DNA of 64,000 nucleotides from an uncultured Pseudomonadales bacterium (GTDB lineage Bacteria; Patescibacteriota; Microgenomatia; UBA1400; Chazhemtobacteraceae), in NCBI GenBank assembly GCA_964618725.1, contig CAZUBK010000005.1, forward strand, positions 11,569-75,568, written 5' to 3'. The translations under genes and the position numbers were made by a program. Position 1 is the first letter of the stretch, and every line of letters starts with the position of its first letter. Positions 42,025 through 51,770 of the stretch are shown here, piece by piece. A model generated the notes under the pieces. It did no database searches, was not told where the DNA came from, and was given only the letters and a program-made list of their open reading frames with translations.

Positions 42025-43341
42025 TTATGTAGCTCTTCCCTTATCTACCCCGTAAAACTTAATCCTGTCACCTCTGAATTGTAGATCCAATGATCGCAAT
42101 GGTCCGTTTCTATGCTTTGCAATATTTAATTTATAATCTTGCAAATTACTATCATCTTCCCTATACAAAAGCATCACCACGTCCGCATCTTGTTCAATGC
42201 TGCCCGACTCGCGTAGATCCGACAATTGCGGTACCTTGGTTCCACGCTGTTCAAATTGTCGCGATAACTGCGCCAATGCCAGTACTGGCACCTTAAGCTC
42301 CCTTGCCATGTTCTTAAGTCCTTGTGACACCGCTCCAACCTCCTGCACACGACTATCATACTTACCATTCCCTACCGCTAACTGGAGATAGTCGACTACG
42401 ATTAGTTTCACCCCCGTCTCCATCTGAAGTCGCCTCGCTTTGGTCCTCATTTCTAAAATAGAGATACCTGGCGTATCATCGATGTACATCGGACTATCGG
42501 CCAGTATTCCCATTGCTTCAGATAGTCGGGTGAATTCATCATCCTTGAGATTCCCCGTCTTCATCTTCCAAGCATCAATATTGGCCTGCCCCACCAACAT
42601 CCTGTCTACCAACTCTGCCACACTCATTTCCAAAGAAAAGAACCCTACGGGTATTTTTTTGTCCACCGCCGCATATTGCGCAATGTTCAAACCCAAACTC
42701 GTTTTCCCCACTCCAGGCCTCGCTGCCAAAATGAGCAGGTTGCTGTCTTGCATTCCAGATAAAGCATCATCAAGATCCTTAATTCCCGTCGTCACCCCCC
42801 TGACTCCCCCACCCGATCGATGCAACTCGTCTAATCGATCAAAGCTCTCCGATAATCCCGCCTTGATATGCATAAAACCCTTCTTGATATTTCGCTGACT
42901 CAAAGAAAAAACCGATTGTTCTGCCTTATCCAGTACTCCCTCTATTTCAGATGCCTCATCAAAAGCCATCTCAGCAATCTCTGACGCCGCAGAAATCATC
43001 TGCCGCTTGATGAAGTGACCTTTAACGATCTTGGCATATCCCGCCACATGTGCCGCCGTTGGCACGCAGTTAACCAACTCCGTCAGATACGAAATTCCTC
43101 CCACCTGTTTTAGATCCTTATTTTTCTTTAGCCACTCTCCCACTGTCACCACGTCAATGGGCTCCCTTCCTTCATACAAAGCCCTCATTGCCTTATAAAT
43201 CGACTGATGTGCATCCTTATAAAACATCTCCGACTCCAAAATCTCTGCCACTTCAATCATCGCATCCCTTGATAAAAGCAGCGCTCCCAAAACCGATCTT
43301 TCAGCGTCTAACGAACTTGGAGGTACTTTCATTAAAGACAT
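42025..43341 (-). CDS. dnaB: replicative DNA helicase DnaB
   Basis: The 438-aa ORF has Walker A (ARPGVGKTSL), a RecA-like C-terminal domain and a DnaB N-terminal domain. Confidence 0.9.
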   Translation of the reverse strand: MSLMKVPPSSLDAERSVLGALLLSRDAMIEVAEILESEMFYKDAHQSIYKAMRALYEGREPIDVVTVGEWLKKNKDLKQVGGISYLTELVNCVPTAAHVAGYAKIVKGHFIKRQMISAASEIAEMAFDEASEIEGVLDKAEQSVFSLSQRNIKKGFMHIKAGLSESFDRLDELHRSGGGVRGVTTGIKDLDDALSGMQDSNLLILAARPGVGKTSLGLNIAQYAAVDKKIPVGFFSLEMSVAELVDRMLVGQANIDAWKMKTGNLKDDEFTRLSEAMGILADSPMYIDDTPGISILEMRTKARRLQMETGVKLIVVDYLQLAVGNGKYDSRVQEVGAVSQGLKNMARELKVPVLALAQLSRQFEQRGTKVPQLSDLRESGSIEQDADVVMLLYREDDSNLQDYKLNIAKHRNGPLRSLDLQFRGDRIKFYGVDKGRAT

Positions 43342-43367
43342 ATGCCGATTGTAACACCCTAAAAATC

Positions 43368-44027
43368 CTAACTTTCCAGTACGACAATCTCCATTTCCTC
43401 AGGCAAACTCATCTTCATCAAAGTCAACTTTTCCAACCTCTTTACCTCCCCAAATCCTGACTTTTCCAAAAACTCATCCACCGTCACCATTTGGTCAAAT
43501 GAAGCCCCCATAGACGGCCTTTTGTAATGCATTGGCACCACAACCGAAGGGCTTAGTGCATTAATTGTTTCCACCGCCAAACGTGGCCCAATCGTAAACG
43601 TTCCTCCAACCGGAACCAGTAAAACGTCTATCTGACCAACACGCTCAATCTGTTTATCCGACAACTCATGGCCCAAATCACCCAGATGGCAGACAATTAC
43701 TCCGTCAATTTGTATCGTAAAAATTACATTTTCACCTCTCTCTTCCCCTTTCTTATCATCATGTTGACTTCTAATCCCAATTACCCCTACCCCACCGATC
43801 TCGTACTCTCCCGGCCTACTTATCACAAAAGGTTCCGCTCTATTCTCCGTTCCCTTTACTTGATTCACCTGATTATGATCCAGATGTTGATGTGATACCG
43901 TCACTATCTCAGCAGTCACCTTAGGAAAAGGCAACCCCACCATCTTAGAATCAAACGGATCCGTCACCACACTCATTCCCTTACCCTTAAGTCTAAAGCT
44001 GCTGTGTCCTAGGTACTTTATTTCCAT
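43368..44027 (-). CDS. metallo-beta-lactamase-fold hydrolase (UPF0173-like)
   Basis: HxHxDH-like motif SHQHLDHN. Confidence 0.6.
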   Translation of the reverse strand: MEIKYLGHSSFRLKGKGMSVVTDPFDSKMVGLPFPKVTAEIVTVSHQHLDHNQVNQVKGTENRAEPFVISRPGEYEIGGVGVIGIRSQHDDKKGEERGENVIFTIQIDGVIVCHLGDLGHELSDKQIERVGQIDVLLVPVGGTFTIGPRLAVETINALSPSVVVPMHYKRPSMGASFDQMVTVDEFLEKSGFGEVKRLEKLTLMKMSLPEEMEIVVLES

Positions 44028-44099
44028 ATCCTGATCTTACCATAGCAACTCGGATCAGAAAATTGAAAATCTCTCTCCACTTTGGTATCCTCCTGACAC

Positions 44100-44528
44100 A
44101 TGCGTAAAGAAATCATCCTCGCCATTATTATTGGTCTGGTTTTTGGCCTTATCATCACTTTTGGTATCTATTTTGCCAATCGCTCCACTTCTGCACTAAA
44201 TAATCAGGACCAAGCCATAATCACTCCTACTCCCTCCCCCACAATACAAGACAACCTCCTCTCCCTCACCTCCCTTTCGGATGGAGATATCTTTAGTGAT
44301 TCTGTGGCCACCATTTCCGGAAGTATCAAAGATGGAGTAACTCTCGTCATTATTTCTGAAAACAATGAACTCTTTATCACTCCCAAAAATAAGCGTTTCT
44401 CGGAAGAAATAATGCTTGTTCCCGGCGCTAATCTCATCCAAATTACTGCTCTGTCTCGCGACAATCAGCGTCAAGAAGTATTCTTAAACTTGGTTTATAC
44501 CAATGCTCAATTAGACACCGATAAATGA
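44100..44528 (+). CDS. hypothetical secreted/membrane-anchored protein
   Basis: It has an N-terminal TM and is coupled (4-nt overlap) to the next secreted ORF. Confidence 0.4.
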   Translation: MRKEIILAIIIGLVFGLIITFGIYFANRSTSALNNQDQAIITPTPSPTIQDNLLSLTSLSDGDIFSDSVATISGSIKDGVTLVIISENNELFITPKNKRFSEEIMLVPGANLIQITALSRDNQRQEVFLNLVYTNAQLDTDK

Positions 44529-45319
44529 ATAAACTAACTACCCTTATTCTCTCTTTAGTCTTTTTTCTTAGCCTCTCTTTCTCTATCTCATTTGCCCAGG
44601 ACGACGCCAGCTCTTCAGGCACGAACTTACAAGAAATCCAAAAGTCTCTTCAAGAAAGAATTAAAAAAGCGATTAAGGGCGAAAATACAGAATCTCCTCA
44701 ACTTAAAGCCTTTGTCGGCACTATTTCCTCAATTGCGGAAAACACTATTGCCCTGACCACCAATCAACAGCAAACCAAACACGCCTCGATTTCCACTAAC
44801 ACACAACTCTTACGAGACAACAAACCCGTCAAGCTAGATTCCTTGAAAATCGGTGAAGGCATCATTGCCATGGGTCTCACCACCGATTTCCAAACACAAG
44901 ACTCACTCCGTATTGTCTTGTTTGAACCTACTGAACCTACTTCCTCTCGCCGCGTTGTCCTTGGTACCATCACCAAACTCGACTCCAAAAAACAAGAGCT
45001 CACTCTATCTACGACATCCTCCACCCCTCTTATTCTTGGCTATACTTCCAAATCCAGCTTTCTTGATTCTACTCTAAATAAAATCAAGCTTTCCTCGCTT
45101 GAAGAAGGCAATCTCATTATTGCCATCATCAGTACTAATCTCAAAAAAGACACCAACACCCTACTCAAGCTTCTCAATACCGGACAGACTCAGATTCTCC
45201 CTTCTTCACCCACTAGTGGTAACTGTGGAGATGGCGTCTGTCAAAACATCGTTTGCCAAGGCATCGGTTGCCCCAAGGAAGAAACTCCCGAAACCTGCCC
45301 CGTCGACTGTACTCAGTAA
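44525..45319 (+). CDS. hypothetical secreted protein with C-terminal Cys-rich motif
   Basis: It has a signal peptide and the C-terminus GNCGDGVCQNIVCQGIGCPKEETPETCPVDC. Confidence 0.4.
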   Translation: MNKLTTLILSLVFFLSLSFSISFAQDDASSSGTNLQEIQKSLQERIKKAIKGENTESPQLKAFVGTISSIAENTIALTTNQQQTKHASISTNTQLLRDNKPVKLDSLKIGEGIIAMGLTTDFQTQDSLRIVLFEPTEPTSSRRVVLGTITKLDSKKQELTLSTTSSTPLILGYTSKSSFLDSTLNKIKLSSLEEGNLIIAIISTNLKKDTNTLLKLLNTGQTQILPSSPTSGNCGDGVCQNIVCQGIGCPKEETPETCPVDCTQ

Positions 45320-45343
45320 GCCTAGAGCTGTTACAATCATCAC

Positions 45344-46645
45344 ATGAAGAACATATCAAACCTACCATCCAAAGGAACATATGATTGGTACCCGAAAGAA
45401 TTGGCCGTCCGCAAATACATATTCGACACCTGGAGGTCAGTTTGCCAAAGCTTCGGCTATCAAGAATATCTCACTCCACTTGTAGAATCAGCCGATCTAT
45501 ACAGAGCCAAATCTGGTGAAGATGTGGGTGGTTCAGAGTTGACTGTTTTCCAAGATCGCGGCGGCCGAGACCTAGCCATTCGCCCCGAAATGACTCCATC
45601 AGTCACTAGACTCATCTCCAGAATCTATCAAGACACACCTAAACCAATTCGTTACTTTTCCATTGCCAACTTCTACAGAAATGAAAAACCTCAACGTGGC
45701 AGAAACCGCGAGTTCTGGCAACTAAACTTTGACATTTTCGGTAGCCACTCATTACTTGCAGATCTCGAGGTCCTACAAATGGCGCTTGAGATTATGCTCG
45801 CCTTCAACCCTCCAAAGAACTCATTCATGCTTAACCTTAATAACAGAAAGCTAATTGAAGCTGTACTTCCTCAAGTAGATCCTTCTGTCAGAGTTGAGGT
45901 GATAAGAACGCTAGACAAAGAAGAAAAGCTTTCAGAGACAGATTTCAAAACTCGCCTGAAAGATCTTGGTCTCACTGATGAGCAAATCTTTGACTTGTAT
46001 CTCTTCATCACAAGCGATTCTGCCAAAGAACTGATTCAAAAGCTACCAAAACTTGCACAAAACGAGGGGTATCTTGAATCAATACAGCTAATAGAGCAAC
46101 TTAAAACACTTGGATATTCCGATTGGGTCCAATTCCGACCTAACGTCATTCGCGGTTTCGATTACTACGACGGAATGGTTTTTGAGGTTTTCGACAAAAA
46201 TCCATTAAACTCAAGATCCCTTTTTGGAGGGGGGCGATATAACGGTCTAGCTAGTATCTTTGGCTCACAATCCTTTCCTGCCGTTGGTTGTGCACCTGGC
46301 GATGAAACGACCAAACTTTTTCTTGAAAGCTGGAATCTGATTCCCAACCTCACACCTATTCCCACAAAAGTCCTGGTCACCATTTTCTCTCCCAACCTCC
46401 AAGGTGACTCGCTCAAACTTGCCAATACACTTCGCCAAAAAGGCATTAACACCGAGCTTTTTCCCAACCCAGAAGAAAAAATTGATAAACAACTAAAATA
46501 CGCAGACAAAAACGAGATTCCCTACGTCGCCATTCTCGGCGAGGAAGAGGTTAAAACGGGCACTGTCGTCCTCAAGGACATGCGCACCCGAGAACAAAAA
46601 ACTCTTCTTCCAACAGAGCTCCTCGCCAGTCTTCAAATCCGCTAA
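45344..46645 (+). CDS. hisS: histidyl-tRNA synthetase
   Basis: Class II motifs (AIRPEMTPSVTR, FRNEKPQRGRNREFWQ, GGGRYNGL) and an anticodon-binding domain are present. Confidence 0.9.
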   Translation: MKNISNLPSKGTYDWYPKELAVRKYIFDTWRSVCQSFGYQEYLTPLVESADLYRAKSGEDVGGSELTVFQDRGGRDLAIRPEMTPSVTRLISRIYQDTPKPIRYFSIANFYRNEKPQRGRNREFWQLNFDIFGSHSLLADLEVLQMALEIMLAFNPPKNSFMLNLNNRKLIEAVLPQVDPSVRVEVIRTLDKEEKLSETDFKTRLKDLGLTDEQIFDLYLFITSDSAKELIQKLPKLAQNEGYLESIQLIEQLKTLGYSDWVQFRPNVIRGFDYYDGMVFEVFDKNPLNSRSLFGGGRYNGLASIFGSQSFPAVGCAPGDETTKLFLESWNLIPNLTPIPTKVLVTIFSPNLQGDSLKLANTLRQKGINTELFPNPEEKIDKQLKYADKNEIPYVAILGEEEVKTGTVVLKDMRTREQKTLLPTELLASLQIR

Positions 46646-46654
46646 ACTTATCCT

Positions 46655-47575
46655 GTGCCTGCCAAACATCAATCACGCTATCTCGGATATCTCGCCCTCC
46701 TCGGAAACACCATACTCTGGGGATTGGCCATTCCCATCGTCAAAAAGGGCTTTGATGGAGGTCTTTCTCCCACCTTTTTCCTTCTCTCTCGCTTTTATCT
46801 CGCCATCCTTTTCTCCCTACCCATCGTCTACGCCCTTAAAAACAGAACTAATACAAAAAAAACTTTCAAACAGTTCCTCCCCGTCCTTCTAATTGAGTTT
46901 CTCGGCAATGCCCTCGCTCTTTTCTTTCTTTATGAAGGAGTCAAACAAACTAGTGCCGTCGAAAGCTCTCTCATTGCTTCCGCCTGGCCCATTTTCACTG
47001 TACTCGGTGGTGTTTTCTTTCTCAAAGAAAAAGAACAAAAGCACGAAGTCCTTGGTCTATCTCTCGCTCTTGTCGGTACTTTTCTCCTCGTCGGCCGCCC
47101 CCTTCTCACCAACCACAGCAGCGGTAGCAGTCTCACCGGTAATTTCCTCGTCCTCGCCCACGATATTACCACCGCCACTTACACCCTTCTCGCCAAGCGT
47201 TTTTACAAATCCCTCAATCTCTGGACCGTTTCTCATCTAAGCTTTTGGGGCGGAGCCGTTAGTTTCACCACCCTTTTCATTATTCAGGGTCATTCCCTCT
47301 CTAATCAACTCAACTCAATTTTCCTGAATCCTAGTCCCTGGCCACTTCTCTCCATCCTTTATATGGCTATCTTTGGCTCAATCGTCGGCCTAACTCTTTA
47401 TCTCATCGGTCAAAACAAAATCGAGGCCTCCGAGGCCTCACTTTTCACCTATCTCCAACCCATTATCGCTATCCCCGCCTCCATCTTCCTTCTCTCTGAA
47501 ACTATCCAACCACTTGAGATTCTCGCCATCGTCATTACTATCTTAGGCGTCTACATCGCCGAAAAACGAACTTAA
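46655..47575 (+). CDS. EamA/DMT-family transporter
   Basis: It has ten predicted TM helices in two EamA-like halves. Confidence 0.6.
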   Translation: MPAKHQSRYLGYLALLGNTILWGLAIPIVKKGFDGGLSPTFFLLSRFYLAILFSLPIVYALKNRTNTKKTFKQFLPVLLIEFLGNALALFFLYEGVKQTSAVESSLIASAWPIFTVLGGVFFLKEKEQKHEVLGLSLALVGTFLLVGRPLLTNHSSGSSLTGNFLVLAHDITTATYTLLAKRFYKSLNLWTVSHLSFWGGAVSFTTLFIIQGHSLSNQLNSIFLNPSPWPLLSILYMAIFGSIVGLTLYLIGQNKIEASEASLFTYLQPIIAIPASIFLLSETIQPLEILAIVITILGVYIAEKRT

Positions 47576-47605
47576 CCTTTCTTTTTCAGCCACACTCATG
47601 ATAAA

Positions 47606-47911
47606 ATGAATACGATGAAATCCCAAATCCATCCCAACTCATATCAAGATACCATAGTTACCTGCGCTTGCGGTAATACTTTTACTACCTCCTCAACCCA
47701 AAAGGAGATAAAAGTCGATATCTGTAGCAACTGCCACCCCTTCTACACCGGCGAACAACGCTTTGTCGATACTCAGGGCCAGGTCGAGAAATTCCGTCTC
47801 AAGATGGAAGCCGCCAGCGGCTACCAACCGAAAAAAAGAAGTAACAATAACGTTGATACCTACGTTTCTCCCAAATCTCTTAAAGAAATGCTTTCTGTTA
47901 AGAAGGCCTAG
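47606..47911 (+). CDS. rpmE: 50S ribosomal protein L31 with C-terminal extension
   Basis: The N-terminus is [21 protein letters not shown]...[12 protein letters not shown], the bL31 zinc ribbon. Confidence 0.85.
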   Translation: MNTMKSQIHPNSYQDTIVTCACGNTFTTSSTQKEIKVDICSNCHPFYTGEQRFVDTQGQVEKFRLKMEAASGYQPKKRSNNNVDTYVSPKSLKEMLSVKKA

Positions 47912-47959
47912 ACTTCCCTTTCTCTCCACTCCCTACATTTTAGAGAGTACACTCAATCC

Positions 47960-48880
47960 ATGGATACATATCTCACCAAACAAATCGACGATCTGAAACA
48001 AAAGGTCGAAGAAAATCGATTACTCTTAGCCGATCCAACCCTTCAAACCTTGGCCAAAGAGGAAATTAATCGCCTGACGAAAGAAATAGACGCTCTCACC
48101 CTCTCCCTTAATCAAATCAGTAACGTCGAGTCAATCGGTCTGAAAGACGATCCCTTTCCTCGCTCGTCTGCCACTATCGAGATTCGTGCCGCCGCCGGCG
48201 GTGATGAAGCTAAGATCTTTGGCAAGGACTTACTTGAGATGTATGTTCGTTTCGCCAATCTTATCGGTTTCAAAGTTGATCAAATTGATGAAGGCATCGT
48301 CAAAATCACCGGCAAATCTACCGATCCCTCTTGGAAACTCTTCCCTTATAACACCTTCAAATATGAAGCCGGGGTTCATCGCGTTCAACGTGTCCCCACT
48401 ACCGAATCTGCCGGCAGAATCCATACCTCTACTGCCACTGTTGCCGTCTTGCCTGAAATCTCTCCTCGTCAAGTTGAAGTCAAAGACACTGATCTAGAAT
48501 GGGCCTTCTCTCGTGCCGGCGGTCCAGGCGGACAAAACGTCAACAAAGTTAGTACTGCCGTTCGCTTAACCTACAAACCAACTGGCGAAGTCATTGCTGT
48601 TCGAGAGGAACGCTACCAGCAACAGAACAAAGAAATAGCACTTGAGCTACTCCGTCAACGCCTCTGGGAACGCGAACAAGAAAACTCGCTCAATCAAATA
48701 AAGGAAAATCGTGCTAACGCTGTTGGCACCGGCCAACGTGCCGAAAAGATACGAACCTACAACTTTCCTCAAAATCGCCTCACCGATCATCGAATCAGGA
48801 AATCCTGGTACTCCCTAGACAGAATCATCCAAGGTAATCTCAAAGAAGTCATCCAAACCGTCCACGAACAAAAAGACTAA
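47960..48880 (+). CDS. prfA: peptide chain release factor 1 (short form)
   Basis: It has the GGQ motif ([12 protein letters not shown]) and the PxT-type tripeptide region ([13 protein letters not shown]). It is 306 aa. Confidence 0.75.
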   Translation: MDTYLTKQIDDLKQKVEENRLLLADPTLQTLAKEEINRLTKEIDALTLSLNQISNVESIGLKDDPFPRSSATIEIRAAAGGDEAKIFGKDLLEMYVRFANLIGFKVDQIDEGIVKITGKSTDPSWKLFPYNTFKYEAGVHRVQRVPTTESAGRIHTSTATVAVLPEISPRQVEVKDTDLEWAFSRAGGPGGQNVNKVSTAVRLTYKPTGEVIAVREERYQQQNKEIALELLRQRLWEREQENSLNQIKENRANAVGTGQRAEKIRTYNFPQNRLTDHRIRKSWYSLDRIIQGNLKEVIQTVHEQKD

Positions 48881-50038
48881 TCAATCCTCACTCTCTTCTA
48901 GTACTGCCTTTACTTCAATCTCCTTCCCCTCTCTCCAAAGTTTCATTTCCAATATCTCCCCCACTTTTTTCTGATTAATAATCGATACCAAACCATCCTC
49001 AACATCCTTCAACTCCTTTCCATCCGCCTCAAGAAGGATGTCTCCTAATCTGATTTTTGCTTTTGCCGCTGGTGAAGTCTTCAATACCGCTTCTACGTAT
49101 GCTCCTTGTGGCACATCATTAAGTATTGCCGTTTCCTGATTAATCATTCTGTATCTTACTCCTAGGAATGGCCTGCTAAATCTCCCGGTTGTCTCAAAGT
49201 TGTCAAGGGACGTTTTAAGCTCATTTATTGGTATTGCAAATCCTATGTTTTGCCCATTCCCTGATACCGCCACATTGATTCCGATCACCTGCCCAGCTGA
49301 GTTAAGAAGCGGCCCCCCAGAATTGCCCAAATTAATTGCTGCGTCAGTTTGTATCACATTGTCTAACCTCTCAGAATTAAATACATCTCCCGCTGTGATT
49401 CCTCTTCCCAAACCCGAAATGACTCCAGTTGTTACCGTCTGGCGAAACTCACCCAACGCCGTCCCAATCGCAATCACAAACTGCCCCGCCTTTAACTGAT
49501 TCGAGTCACCCAACTCAAGTGGCGACAGATCCTCTCCACCCTCTATCTGAAGTATTGCCAAATCATTAAGTGGATCTCGATAGATCTTTTCCACTACATA
49601 CTCTTTATCATCTTCTCCTATCACCTTGTAAGTTACCTCCCTATCAACCACTACATGTTTGTTTGTGATCACCAATCCTCCCTCAATAACAAAACCGGTC
49701 GCGATGTCATGTTGAACCAAACTCATCTCGCCCTCTGGCACATTCATCATCCCAAAGGGGCCAAAAGTGATCTCGGAAGTCCCTTCTTCAGAGACTGAGG
49801 CAATCGTCACCACCGACGGACTAGCTCTCTCAACTACTTCTACTACTACTCCTTCTTCCTTAAGAATCTTTTGTGTCACCAAATTATCCTTCCCATCAGG
49901 CAATCTGAATCCCCCCACTCCCAAACCAAGAACGTAATCTAGCGGTCTAATGACAAACAACCGGTCAGCGATTGCCCCACCTATTGCACTAAAAAGCACT
50001 AAAATAGATACCCCCAACCCAAGAAGAAAGTTCTTCAT
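48881..50038 (-). CDS. HtrA/DegP-family serine protease with PDZ domain
   Basis: It has the catalytic GNSGGPL, a signal anchor and a C-terminal PDZ domain. Confidence 0.85.
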   Translation of the reverse strand: MKNFLLGLGVSILVLFSAIGGAIADRLFVIRPLDYVLGLGVGGFRLPDGKDNLVTQKILKEEGVVVEVVERASPSVVTIASVSEEGTSEITFGPFGMMNVPEGEMSLVQHDIATGFVIEGGLVITNKHVVVDREVTYKVIGEDDKEYVVEKIYRDPLNDLAILQIEGGEDLSPLELGDSNQLKAGQFVIAIGTALGEFRQTVTTGVISGLGRGITAGDVFNSERLDNVIQTDAAINLGNSGGPLLNSAGQVIGINVAVSGNGQNIGFAIPINELKTSLDNFETTGRFSRPFLGVRYRMINQETAILNDVPQGAYVEAVLKTSPAAKAKIRLGDILLEADGKELKDVEDGLVSIINQKKVGEILEMKLWREGKEIEVKAVLEESED

Positions 50039-50055
50039 GAACTAAATATAACTAC

Positions 50056-50424
50056 TTACTCAGCGATCTTCAACCCAAGCTCAGCCGCAGATTCTTTATT
50101 CTCAGTACTCCAGATTACCTGACCTCGCTCACTAACAATTACTTCGCCCTCATCAATAATATCCTCAACGCTACTAGGCCTTTCCTCCCCATAAATGTAC
50201 AGGTTTCCATCTCTAGTACGAAGATATTTACCTTCCATCTCGTCACCATTTAGGTGTTCCAAATGACCCATCCCCTGCCGCAATCGTCTGATCGCCACTC
50301 TCAAATCCTCAGCTGTCACCTTTTCCCCCTCATTCCCTAATCCAAGAATCAAGACTTCTCCACCCTCTCCAACACGTTCCCAACGAAATAACGGTGTCTC
50401 TAAACCCATTCTTTGTTCTGTCAT
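50056..50424 (-). CDS. hypothetical protein
   Basis: A 122-aa acidic ORF with no motif. Confidence 0.3.
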   Translation of the reverse strand: MTEQRMGLETPLFRWERVGEGGEVLILGLGNEGEKVTAEDLRVAIRRLRQGMGHLEHLNGDEMEGKYLRTRDGNLYIYGEERPSSVEDIIDEGEVIVSERGQVIWSTENKESAAELGLKIAE

Positions 50425-50460
50425 ATTTTGATGAAATCACTTTGAACCATCAAAGTCAAT

Positions 50461-51735
50461 CTACTGCAATTCCTCTATGGCCCTAATCAGTTGCGTATCC
50501 ACGCTCGCGTCAGCCGACGAGGTCGACTGCTTTACTTCCACATCCGGCATCAGTCCTTCCTTGTGAATATTCTTCCCACTCGGTAACAACCATTTCGCTA
50601 TCGTCACATGTAGTCCTGCCCCTCCAGGTAAGTCTTGTGCCTCTTGTACTGTACCTTTACCAAAAGTCTTCTCACCGATTAATTTCACTTTAAGTTGATC
50701 CCGTAGCGCTCCCGCCAATATCTCTGAGGCCGAGGCCGAGCCACGATTAACCAACACCACAAACTTCTTTCCAATCAGTTTCCCTTTATGGTTAACAGTA
50801 AAAGTCTCTGTTTCATATTTTCCTTGTTGTTTCACCACTACCCCACTGGGAATAAACTCGGACGCCAAATCGATTGCTCGTTGCAAGAAACCACCCGGAT
50901 TATTTCTCAAATCTAGGACGATACCCGACAGACCTTTCCGAGCCAATATCTTGTCTATCGACTGCTGCCACTCCTCCGCCGTCTTCTCTCCAAATCGAAT
51001 CACCCTAAGATGAGCAAACTTAGCCGTTTCACTCTCTTTACCTCCTTCGTCAACAAACTTGATCTCAACCGAGGGCACCACAATAATGTCTCTGACTAAG
51101 CTAACTTCAAATGCTCCCCCGTTCCCCTCTCGAAAAATTGTTAAAACTACCTCGCTCCCCTTCGGACCTCGTATTATATTCACCGCCTCCTGAAGATTCA
51201 TTCCCTCCGTATCTATATCAACATTCTTCTTTACATCCTTAATGTGTAATATCAAATCTCCTGCTTTCAATCCCGCTTTATCCGCCGGCAACCCCGGCAA
51301 AGGCGACATCACCCCCAACGTCTTGTCAATGTAACCAAGTTGGATTCCCACCCCAGCAAATTCGCCTGCCAAGTCCTCTCTACTCTGCTTGTTTTCCGTC
51401 GGTGGTAAGAATGACGTATAAGGATCATCCAAGGCCGCTGTCATACCTCCAATCGCTCCATATACCATCTTCTGAGAGTCAAGCGCCTCAGCATCAAGAT
51501 AATCCGCCTCCAATCGATCCCAAACTTTCCAAAACAAATCAAAATCAACCCGTCTGCCGTTCGGAGTCTCTTTGTTTACAATGGTCTGCAAAGTAGACAA
51601 CTTTGTCCTCGCCTTTACCTCTCCGGCTCTCACTCCCCCCAAAAAACCGCCAATACCAAAGACAGTCGCAACCAACATAACCAGAAGTACCTGTCTAACT
51701 TTTTTCAAGCTTATTTTCTTAGTTTCCACAGTCAT
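50461..51735 (-). CDS. carboxyl-terminal processing protease (S41 family)
   Basis: It has a PDZ domain and the S41 catalytic region (NPGGFLQ, GASASASEILAG). Confidence 0.8.
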   Translation of the reverse strand: MTVETKKISLKKVRQVLLVMLVATVFGIGGFLGGVRAGEVKARTKLSTLQTIVNKETPNGRRVDFDLFWKVWDRLEADYLDAEALDSQKMVYGAIGGMTAALDDPYTSFLPPTENKQSREDLAGEFAGVGIQLGYIDKTLGVMSPLPGLPADKAGLKAGDLILHIKDVKKNVDIDTEGMNLQEAVNIIRGPKGSEVVLTIFREGNGGAFEVSLVRDIIVVPSVEIKFVDEGGKESETAKFAHLRVIRFGEKTAEEWQQSIDKILARKGLSGIVLDLRNNPGGFLQRAIDLASEFIPSGVVVKQQGKYETETFTVNHKGKLIGKKFVVLVNRGSASASEILAGALRDQLKVKLIGEKTFGKGTVQEAQDLPGGAGLHVTIAKWLLPSGKNIHKEGLMPDVEVKQSTSSADASVDTQLIRAIEELQ

Positions 51736-51770
51736 TCATTGTATATAAAACAACCGTACAAATACAACCT